From Macrostomum lignano (taxonomy: Eukaryota), in assembly GCA_002269645.1 (NCBI GenBank), contig NIVC01001910.1, forward strand, positions 1-60,313: a stretch of DNA of 60,313 bases. The letters are read 5' to 3'. Position 1 is the stretch's first letter. The number at the start of each line of letters is the position of its first letter. A program made the translations under genes and the position numbers. The notes beneath the pieces are model-generated. The model was not told where the DNA came from. It did not search any database and saw only the letters and a list, made by a program, of their open reading frames with translations. Positions 47,157 through 57,384 of this stretch are shown here, in pieces.

Positions 47157-48210
47157 TGTACGAGCGTGGTTTTGAGAATGAGTAACCAAAACGCGTGAGG
47201 CTCGCCTCACTGCGCATGTTCATATATTTTGAGCCAAAACGGAGTGGTGGTCACACCGACCCCAACATGCACGCAATAACAAACAACCCCTCTAACAGTG
47301 CCCACGCACTAACAAGTCGACTACACCACTTTTCCCCTAGAAGCAAAAGTAAGAGTCACGCAAATCTCGCCATGTAAAAGTCGGGCGGCCGCCGCTCTCT
47401 CGCTGACCGTCGTGGACCATTGCCCAGCTCCGCTGGAACAGCCGGCTCTGGCTCCTTGGGCACCTGTGGCTCCTCAGGCACCTGTGGCTCCTCAGGCACC
47501 TGTGGCTCCTCAGGCACCTGTGGATCCTCAGGCACCTGTGGCTCCTCAGGCACCTCTGGCTCCTCAGGCACCTCTGGCTCCTCAGGCACCTCTGGCTCCT
47601 CGGGCACCTCTGGCTCCTCAGGCACCTGTGGCTCCTCAGGCACCTCTGGCTCCTCAGGCACCTCTGGCTCCTCAGGCACCTCTGGCTCCTCGGGCACCTC
47701 TGGCTCCTCAGGCACCTCTGGCTCCTCGGGCACCTCTGGCTCCTCGGGGACCTCTGGCACCGGGTCCGATTGCAAATTTTACCGGTATGCGACACTCGTC
47801 CGAGACCACCAGCACGCGAGCAGGCAGGATGGCGGTCGACTTGACGACGTCCTCAGACGGCTCGAATACCCCTTGCTCGCCAGTGGAATCCACCTTGAGC
47901 CACACCAGTTTCTCGCTGCGTGCGGGCAGCTCCTTGGTTGCCAGGGCCGGTGCTGGCCCAAGGCTGCCGACCCTCAGGCTGACGCCTGTCCCTATCGGAT
48001 GAGCCCACTGAAGCCGGAGTCGCATGGCCCATCAGCTCGAGTCACGCAGCTCGGTCGACGATGCCTGCCAGAGAGCACGAGTCAGCGTCCTTGTCCTTCA
48101 GCAGCGCAGCTCTCACGGCCGCTGGGAGGAGGAAGCTTTACATCCTTTTCTCGGGCTGCAATAACAAACAACACCTCTAACAGTGCCAGAGCACTAACAA
48201 GCCGACTACA
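47157..48210 (-). mobile_element. Internally deleted Ty3/gypsy-like LTR retrotransposon remnant
   Basis: Two copies start TGTAGTC (48210 and 47325, ~55 bp shared). PPT aggggaaaagtgg abuts the 47325 copy. Putative 169-bp LTR ends GTACA. GTGC on both flanks (47153-56, 48211-14). Pol-linker-like LPARSEKLV..PARVLV..IPVK and tail RRSARERRPPDFY. Confidence 0.62.
47450..47760. repeat. 18-bp minisatellite (ggctcctcaggcacctct) inside the gypsy remnant
   Basis: Directly visible. Confidence 0.95.
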
Positions 48211-48857
48211 GTGCTAAGAGCTGTATCATCAGACGCCTCAGTGTATCCACAGCCTCCCTGTCAGTCTATTTAGGTGTTTTAATGCATTGTTTCTTAATCC
48301 ATGATAAAGCATTTATTAAACAATGAGAAACCTCGTGCTTGCAAGACGTCACAGAATGCTCACTGCTTGCCCAGTGATTGGCAGGTGCCCTTAGCTACTG
48401 TATATTTGAATTGTCAAACAGCACTTACAACTTAAATGTGATCAGTTTCCCTATCTTAAATCTGCAGATAAGACTAATTGCTAAATATAGTTACATACCT
48501 GTGAAGAGAATTTGCAATTCTAAAAAAACATTCGCTGGTACAGAAGAAGCACATTGATTTAATGCTTACAGAAGCCTAACTGTATAATACAGCTGTTTAT
48601 GAAGAGCAAAGGAGATTAGACAGGGTCTAAAAACAAAAAGGTATCCTGACAGAGTCGCATGTCCCTCAGCAGAAAAGCTACGAGCCCGGTGCTTAAACAT
48701 GCAGTAATTCCTCATTGGCATTTTTATAGGCGCTTGCAGTTGTCCAATCACGGGAGCATGACCTGTTGTGAAAAAGATAAACAGTGAATGAGTGAGCTGA
48801 CCTTGCAACACTTTCACTGCAGGTTCCACCTGACTTGATGCAGACTTTCTAAAGAGA

Positions 48858-49272
48858 CACTCCGACACTGAGACACTCACTGAGACACTGAGACACTGAG
48901 ACACTGAGACACTCAGACACTGAGACAGTGAGACACTGAGACACTGAGACACTGAGACACTGAGACACTGAGACAGTGAGACACTCAGACACTGAGACAC
49001 TGAGACACTGAGACACTGAGACACTGAGACACTGAGACACTGAGACACTGAGACTGTGAGACACTGAGACACTGAGACTGTGAGACAATGAGACAATGAG
49101 ACAATGAGACAATGAGACACAGAGACACTGAGACACTGAGACTCTGAGACTCTGAGACACTGAGACACTGAGACACTCAGACACTGAGACAATGAGACAA
49201 TGAGACACTGAGACACTGAGACACTGAGACTCTGAGACACTGAGACACTGAGACACTGAGACACTGAGACAC
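48858..49272. repeat. 8-bp satellite (gagacact)
   Basis: Directly visible. Confidence 0.97.
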
Positions 49273-49337
49273 AGTGCTGAGACCGAGACTAATGGGTCTA
49301 CAAGTATAAAAAGGCCACTCACTTGGCTTGCGGAAAC

Positions 49338-51536
49338 TCAGTCCTGCAATCGGTGATAGGTGTACACAGAGGCGAATGAGTCGTTGTCGGCTCCACAGGT
49401 CTGTGTGTAGCTTCCTCCACAACGGCGATTGCAATAGTGATCATCCATTTTTGTCCCTCGGTTAAGCAGTTTAGTGTCTCTACAGTAACAGTATTCTCCT
49501 TTACTTAAGCCGAATGCAGTTTTGTCCCTTACATATGCTGTGCACAGATAAGCGCAGTGCTCGACCGTCATGTCCTTAGACTTTTGGCCCTCTCTTAGGA
49601 ACTTGCCGTGCCCGTAAAAGCAGCCAACATATTTCGCTGTAAAAAAGAATTAATAGCAAGAAAAAAATTTGAGCACAAAGTCTCATTGACAACAGTTATG
49701 CATGGTTTAGTGAGACAGCGAAGCAGTGACACAGAGAGATGGTGGGGCAGTGAGATGCGAGACAAAAAGAAAGGAGGCACCCCACTGTTGCTATGGACAG
49801 AGTAGTCAATGAAAATTATGAAAAATCGTTCACTTACGTTTGGAGTAAAGAGATAGTGGTGAAGCTCTCTCTTCTTTCTCTGAAATTTGACGAGCGGTTC
49901 TTGCTGAAGTGACTGCATGCAGAGGGGCTGCAGAGGGGCTGCAGAGGGGCTGCAGAGGGGCTGCAGAGGGGCTGCAGAGGGGCTGCAGAGGGGCTGCAGA
50001 GGGGCTGCAGAGGGGCTGCAGAGGGGCTGCAGAGGGGCTGCAGAGGGGCTGCAGAGGGGCTGCAGAGGGGCTGCAGAGGGGCTGCAGAGGGGCTGCAGAG
50101 GGGCTGCAGAGGGGCTGCAGAGGGGCTGCAGAGGGGCTGCAGAGGGGCTGCAGAGGGGCTGCAGAGGGGCTGCAGAGGGGCTGCAGAGGGGCTGCAGAGG
50201 AGCTGCAGAGGGGCTGCAGAGTGGCTGCAGAGTGGCTGCAGAGGGGCTGCAGAGGGGCTGCAGAGGAGCTGCAGAGGGGCTGCAGAGGAGCTGCAGAGGG
50301 GCTGCAGAAGGGCTGCAGAGGGGCTGCAGAGGGGCTGCAGAGGGGCTGCAGAGGGGCTGCAGAGGGGCTGCAGAGGAGCTGCAGAGGGGCTGCAGAAGGG
50401 CTGCAGAGGGGCTGCAGAGGGGCTGCAGAGGGGCTGCAGAGGGGCTGCAGAGGGGCTGCAGAGGAGCTGCAGAGGGGCTGCAGAAGGGCTGCAGAGGGGC
50501 TGCAGAGGGGCTGCAGAGGGGCTGCAGAGGAGCTGCAGAGGGGCTGCAGAGGAGCTGCAGAGGGGCTGCAGAAGGGCTGCAGAGGGGCTGCAGAGGGGCT
50601 GCAGAGGGGCTGCAGAGGGGCTGCAGAGGGGCTGCAGAGGAGCTGCAGAGGGGCTGCAGAAGGGCTGCAGAGGGGCTGCAGAGGGGCTGCAGAGGGGCTG
50701 CAGAGGGGCTGCAGAGGGGCTGCAGAGGGGCTGCAGAGGGGCTGCAGAGGGGCTGCAGAGGGGCTGCAGAGGGGCTGCAGAGGGGCTGCAGAGGGGCTGC
50801 AGAGGGGCTGCAGAAGGGCTGCAGAGGGGCTGCAGAGGGGCTGCAGAGGGGCTGCAGAGGGGCTGCAGAGGGGCTGCAGAGGGGCTGCAGAGGGGCTGCA
50901 GAGGGGCTGCAGAGGGGCTGCAGAGGGGCTGCAGAAGGGCTGCAGAGGGGCTGCAGAGGGCTGCAGAGGGGCTGCAGAGGGGCTGCAGAGGGGCTGCAGA
51001 GGGGCTGCAGAGGGGCTGCAGAGGGGCTGCAGAGGGGCTGCAGAGTGGCTGCAGAGTGGCTGCAGAGGGCTGCAGAGGGGCTGCAGAGGGGCTGCAGAGG
51101 GGCTGCAGAGGGGCTGCAGAGGGGCTGCAGAGGGGCTGCAGAGGGGCTGCAGAGGGGCTGCAGAGGGGCTGCAGAGGGGCTGCAGAGGGGCTGCAGAGGG
51201 GCTGCAGAGGGGCTGCAGAGGGGCTGCAGAGGGGCTGCAGAGGGGCTGCAGAGGGGCTGCAGAGGGGCTGGAAAGACGGGGAGATGAGAGGTCGAATAAA
51301 TGGGGCAATTAGGTTATAAGAACACAATGGGAATTTATCTTGGGTCAGGCGGCAGGCCGTGTGAGTTGGAGCAGGTGTGGGCAATGCGGGGAGTTAACAT
51401 GGAGTAAGCAGACAGGCGGTGGATTCGAGTTGAATCGAATTGACTTACTTTTCTTGGCAGATGAGCAGCCCAGCCCGCAGAGCAGTGTTGCAGCAAGACA
51501 GCTCAGAAGCAGCAGACGTCTGACAGACATTTCCAA
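49338..51536 (-). CDS. Secreted single-WSC-domain protein, ~142 aa. Exons 51536-51449, 49879-49838, 49636-49338.
   Basis: Signal peptide; phase 1-1 GT-AG junctions; YVGCF...MTVEHC..LC...FGLSKGEYCYC...CNRRCGG...TCG...VY. Confidence 0.85.
49917..51270. repeat. 11-bp satellite (ctgcagagggg), ~120 units, filling WSC intron 1
   Basis: Directly visible. Confidence 0.98.
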
Positions 51537-51979
51537 TGCAGAAAAAGCAGCAGAATCCCTTTGTACTCAAAGCTTGAGATGTCGAATTCGACTTACAGTA
51601 AACTCTTCTGTTAAGTGGACCTTCGCTCCGAGGGTGAAAAAACGATTGCGAGCCTCTCAGCTGCTGAGCTGCAGCCACAGACAGTTCTGTACAAAGCGAT
51701 TCCTGTCTCACTGGCAGCGTCTGAGGGCCGCGATTGTCTATGGCTAACACCAGCTATATGGGCATGCGGAGCCGTGCACTTTTATTGGAGTGCAAGGGGA
51801 ACCCGTTCTCAAATTTACCAGCTTTTTAATGAGCGTCGTCGTAGTGAGCGTGTTGTTAAACACTGCAGTCTAACAGTGGTTTAATGGTAGATTGTGTAGT
51901 ATGATTTTCCTTTACTAAAGGCTCTTTAAAGGGTCTGTTTTCTAAGGCAAGACCAGAGGATTTTCACGCTCGTCTTAAA

Positions 51980-53315
51980 ATGGCTTTGATCAATTGGAAA
52001 CATCTTCCCTGCGAATCGTTAGATGGAGTTAGCGACAGTGAACTGAGCTTTATTACTGCGCTAAGTTATACTGATCACCATGGCGACACCGATCTGCAGA
52101 ATATTATTGGCTTCCTCACGGATCTGCAGGCTAACTCGGAAGATGATGTTTCCGGAGTCAAATTGCCAGAATTACCTGAGTCTGTGGCTGCCGACATGGA
52201 CCAAGGCGAGTTAGACTCGCTACCGCGCTCCACCCAAGAACAAATGATGCAACAGGGAAGTCGATTCATTGCCTTCATGCGCAAGCATACGACCAAAGAA
52301 GTACAAAGCATGACTAACGAGAAGCTAGGAGAGTATCTTCGTTTCTATTATTTTGGACTAAAGAAATCTGATGGAAGTCTGTATTCGCCTGCTACCCTTG
52401 TATGCATTCGAGCTAGTGTGCAGCGTTACCAAAGAAAGATACTCAAAGATGCAGACAGACATTATGAATGGGCCAGAGTTTGAAGCGGCGAACAGAATGC
52501 TTCGAGTGAAAGTTCGTCATTTCAGCGTTGAGGGTGCAGGAGTTGTTCAACAGTTTCAGCCTATTGAGGACGGAGACCTTCGAAAAATCAGGCAGCATTT
52601 TGACAGATCGACCGCAGAAGAACTTCAAGATGAGGTAGTTTTTGTCATTTTCTATACTCTAGGAGAGAGGCCAGGAGCATTTGGAGTCGATTCGAAAACG
52701 TGGGGCACGGATGGGCACAGCTACCTGAAGCTTCCGCCTTTGCCAACTAAAAACCAGTCTTCGGATCCGACCAAGTGCAAGGGCAACGTTGCAAAGCAGA
52801 GTCGCATCTATGGAGCTGAGAGAGATCTTATTCTTCACTACCAGTTATTGTTGCCAGAAGGAGACAATTTCTTTCCACGACCACTCGCTAATGCTTCTAA
52901 TGGAGTCTTGAGGTTTTCTAGTCGCCAAGTGCGTGGCGTCAACTGGTTGTGCTCATTCATGGGACATCTCAGTGAAGTGTGTTCGCTTTCGCAGCGATAC
53001 ACGAACCATTGCATTCGCGTCACGCGCATCTCGGACCTATTTGTCAGCGGTCACAGCATGGACGAGATAATGGCCGTTACCGGACAACGTAGTGAAGCTA
53101 CGGATGTGAAAAGTCTGTCAGCTGCAAGTGACAGCACGCTGGATAGTTCGTTGACTACACCATTCAACAATTTAGCAGGTACTTCGTTTATTACTTCACC
53201 AGCCGGTAGCACAGTGGCCGTTTCAGTAGCGCAACAACAATTGGATGTGAGTACAGCAGTGCGTAAGCCGATGTTTGCCAACTGTAGCTTTTCTAATTGT
53301 ACTTTTAATTTATAA
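51980..53315 (+). pseudogene. Degenerate Crypton (CryptonA/DUF3504-like) tyrosine recombinase
   Basis: FYYFGLKKSDGSLYSPATL..IRASVQRY, frameshift ~52440, then DIMNGPEFEAAN; YTNHCIRVT; MAVTGQRSE; C-terminal FANCSFSNCTFN. No catalytic Tyr after TG(H>Q)RS. Confidence 0.8.
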
Positions 53316-53779
53316 TAAGTTAGGCTTCGACATCAGATTAATAGACACTTCGTATTTGGACAGTGACAAAGTTTGCTTTTGAGACCCTTTTTTCTTTTGC
53401 ATGATTTGTTTGTCAATGCTTAATCCCGATCCGAATCTTCTAATTTCTTAAAATCTTAATCTTCTAATAATGTTAGAAATCCCAATCTTCCAATGCTAGG
53501 AATCCAAATCTCCTACTACTAGGAATCCCACTCTCCAAATTCTAGTAGTCACAATCTCCCAATCACTTTAATCACACCCTCCTTTAATCAAATTTATTTC
53601 AAAATACAAAATTTACGCATAGTTTGCTTTATTATATCATTGTTTGTTGTACCTGTACGCATATTTCATATCTATTTATGCCATTCTCAATTGCCTAGTG
53701 TATCTATCGTCATTTTTGTTAAATAAACTGTTAACTGATTATTCAGCAAGTTTTGTCTATGGTTGAAATTCGCTTTGGA

Positions 53780-55760
53780 AGTCTGAAATAATGGCGTTTT
53801 TTGGACAATCATTAAGACTCGGGTGGGCCATAGAACAATGGAGTCTTGGGGGTGTTGAGGACGTCCTTTGGGACATCGACGGCGGGCATGTAGATCGGAG
53901 CCGCCATGCGAGGGCGGTGATTGGCCAGCGCCGGCCATCCGGAGTCTGGAGGTCGAAGCTTACAAGATCCGCGGTGACAGGGCGCCTGGACTCTGCATGA
54001 AGGTAGAGGCTGCAATCGTAAGCTTCCTGGCGGCCTTGAGACCAAGCTTGCGAGCGAGAGTAGAGAGTAGGCGTGAGAGTCCTTTGGGTTGACGGCCATT
54101 GGGGCGGAGGGTCGCCATGATGGTCGGAACGAGGCCTCCGTTCGCTAAGGCAGAGACGAGAGAGTGGACTGTTCCATTGGAGTTTGCATTTCCAACGGCA
54201 GCGTTAAGGTGGGCGTTTGAACGAGGAATCGACGAACGTTGATTGGAACTCGCAAAGGTGGCTTCTGGAGATTAGTGTGGTGCAGCCCATCGCACTCGTG
54301 GCATCGTCGGGTGTCACGGCAGTCTCGAGTGTGGTGTCGGCGGAGGCAGTTGCGGCAGAGATTTTTCTTTCGGACAATCTTGAGGCGATCATGGGGCTTC
54401 CGCACCTCGCTGCAGGACATGGCGATGTGGTCGGAGCTGCTGGCGGTCGGTGGGCGCTTGTGCTACGAGTGGATGGTGGCCGGGACGCAGCGTTGCTCGG
54501 AAGACTGGCGGAGGCAAATGCGCAGCTGGCACTGTGCTGAGGCGGCTCTGAGGGTCTTAAGCTTGCAGTCAAGATGGTCCTGGAGCTCTGCCATGATGGG
54601 CATGAGAGGCTACCTGTTAGAAGCGCGAAGATTGCGGATCTCGCTTTGTAATTCAAGCGGCAGGCGGCTCCAGAGCGCGTAGACGTCGCTGTCGAGGGTG
54701 CAGGCAAGCTCGCCGAGTCGAAGAAGCTGGCCAGTGGCCAGGCGGAGGGCATCCGTGAATTCCTCGAGCTCACCAAAGTTGGAAGCAGAACTGCAGTGAA
54801 GGGCGAGGAGACGCTGGAAGGAGGCGTTCTTTTGCTCCTACGTGTTGGAGTAGTTGGCCTGGAGGACACGGCAGGCCTCAGCGTAGTCGTTCGGCTGGTA
54901 GCCGTCGAAAGCACCGAGCTTCTTGAGAGCGGAGCCGGAGAGCAGACAGCGGAGTGCCTCGTATTTGTCGACGTCGTTAAGGCTGGAGCGGTCGACGCGG
55001 TATACGAAAGCGTCCCAGAAGCCCAGAATTGCAGCAGGGTCGGGCAATGCGTTCTTGAGAATGGTGGAGCGGATGAGCCCGGCCGGATCGTGAGCATCTG
55101 ATGCGGGCGTTGAGGCAACTGGTGTCGAGGCAGGACGGATGGTGGTAGCGAGCTGTTGCATGGGCTGCTGGTTCTGCTGCATCATCGCGGTCATGGAGGC
55201 GAGGAGGGCTGGTCACGCCGGGTGTAGCAGGAGAGGCGGCAGAGATCGGTGCAGCGGCCTGAGCAGCAGGAAGAGCCATTGCTCCGGCTGAAGGAGTGGT
55301 GACGGGCCACTGAGGTGGAAAGGCGATTGCTGGTTTCCCTCAATTGGCCACGCTGATTGCTGTTCCCACTGACGGCGTGGAAGGCTTCTGTGGCGGACTG
55401 TGCAGAGTCATCTTCAAGCAGACCTCCTCGAGGAAAAGTGCGGCTGCGAGGACCATCCTAGGGATCAGACCCTGGCGATGCATCTGGTCACACAGGGAGC
55501 CGCGGCCTTCGATTGGTATCATAGCAGAGATGGCTGCGGAATTCGATGTTAGCACATCGAGTCTTCCTGGGCTCGCAGTAGGTGCTGAAAGAGGGCCTTG
55601 GAGACGGTGCCAGCAGGCATAAAGGCGGAGTCTAGACAGGGACGGCGGAGATGACGCAGCAGGCAGTGCATCGGAAGAGTTCGGAGCTGTGCATCTGGCG
55701 AGAGACATTTGCGCAGATAATATAGAGTCGTCGATGAAGATAGTTTTCGTAGTGGTAGTC
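53780..55760 (-). mobile_element. BEL/Pao LTR retrotransposon gag-protease remnant
   Basis: FWDAF...VD.S.L.DVDK..L..LL.GSA (DUF1759-like); zinc knuckles LCRNCLRRHHTRDC..RRCHECDGLHHTNL; protease-like LVPTIMA...LARKLGLK. Multiple frameshifts; no RT/IN visible. Confidence 0.8.
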
Positions 55761-56159
55761 ACTCTCTGCTGTGAAGATCGTTGTGGTGAATCTTTTAAGA
55801 CGGGCTGGTTGGCAGGTTCTTAACCACGCTCTACTCCCAAATTGGCCAAGTGCTGATAGGACGACAAGTAACGAAGAATGAGCTAACTCTTGGCAGAGGC
55901 TATATTTAGCAACAGGCGGGCAGTGAAAGACCAGGCTTAAATTTAAAGGTAACAAAACTGGACCTCTTCGTGTGGCACGCGCACGGAGAGGCCTAAAATA
56001 TCGATCGTGAAACTATTATACTGTACGGACCGCTCTAAATACGCGCACAACAAGCACAAGGTAAAACGACCCAATTGGGGGCCACACCAAACGCAAAAAT
56101 ACACGGAGAAGAAAGGAAATAATACGAATTTTGTCAGTTTATAGGCGTAAATCTGACAT

Positions 56160-56305
56160 GTGGACACACCCTATAGACACTCACCCTATGGACACTCACC
56201 CTACGGACACTCAAATTATGGACACTCTACGGACGCTCAAATTATGGACACTCACCCTACGGACACTCACCATATGGACACTCATCCTATGGACACTCAC
56301 CTATA
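56160..56305. repeat. Short ggacactcaccctat-type repeat
   Basis: Directly visible. Confidence 0.8.
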
Positions 56306-56749
56306 GTGTTCCATCCTATGTATTCATTTAATAATATATTGTACAAGTATTTACCTACTCAGTTTATCAAATTGTCGGCAGAAAGAAAATCAAAAAAATG
56401 ATATTAAAATATAAAAACTCATAAAGGTTTCCAGCTATGAGCTATTCGCGTACTAAAGACTTGTTTATTTGACTTCCAAAAAGTTGAACTTTTTAGAAAT
56501 TTTTAATAGCTACTACTGAAGAAACAGCTTTTTAAGAGCCTGGCTAAAATATGTACTTAGGAAAATAACTTGATCCAAAAATCCATATTTTTGGCGTTAT
56601 AACTGCTATAACTCGCGACCAGCTATACCGGGTAGCTTCAGTTAGCGAGAAGAGGCGTCGCCATGGATTTTATGGTAGAGGGACAAAGCCAAGAATTCAA
56701 CATGTACATGCACATTATGTTCAGCATCGGTGTTGTCACCGCTCACTTG

Positions 56750-57372
56750 GCGCCGCAGACTCATTTAGTGCCACAGATACTTATTTTGGCGCCACAGCCA
56801 CTCATTTCAGCGCAGCAGGCACTCATTTTGTTGTGCAGTCGCGCATTTTGGTGTCAATGGCACTTAGTTTAGCACCACAGACACTCATATTGGCGCTACG
56901 GACACTCATTTTGGCGCCACAGACATTCATTTTAGCGCCGAAGACTCTCGTTTTAATGCCAGAGACACTCATTTTGGTGCCGAGGGCACTTATTTTGGTG
57001 CCGCAGACACTCACTTTAGCGCCAGACACTCACTTTAGCGCCACAGACACTCAATTTAGCGCCACAGACACTCACTTTAGCGCCACAGACACTCACTTTA
57101 GCGCCACAGACACTCACTTTAGCGCCACAGACACTCACTTTAGCGCCACAGACACTCACTTTAGCGCCACAGACACTCAATTTAGCGCCACAGACACTCA
57201 CTTTAGCGCCACAGACACTCACTTTAGCGCCACAGACACTCACTTTAGCGCCACAGACACTCACTTTAGCGCCACAGACACTCACTTTAGCGCCACAGAC
57301 ACTCACTTTAGCGCCACAGACACTCATTTTCGCGCTTGCCGCGGACACTCATTTTGGTACCGCAGACACTCG
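56750..57372. repeat. 21-bp minisatellite (gcgccacagacactcacttta)
   Basis: Directly visible. Confidence 0.95.
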
Positions 57373-57384
57373 TTCAATATTTTA

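Noticed and set aside
47412-48217. Pro-rich, Gly/Ser-rich and collagen-like ORFs
   Set aside because: Alternative frames of the 18-bp array inside the gypsy remnant.
49338-49340. Selenocysteine recoding of the WSC TGA
   Set aside because: No SECIS element could be identified and the WSC domain is complete before the stop.
49830-51384. 450-520-aa ORFs (CSPSAAPLQPL / AAEGLQRGCRG)
   Set aside because: 11-bp satellite translations inside WSC intron 1.
55900-56160. LTR/PBS for the BEL/Pao remnant
   Set aside because: No second LTR copy, TSD or correctly oriented PBS was found.
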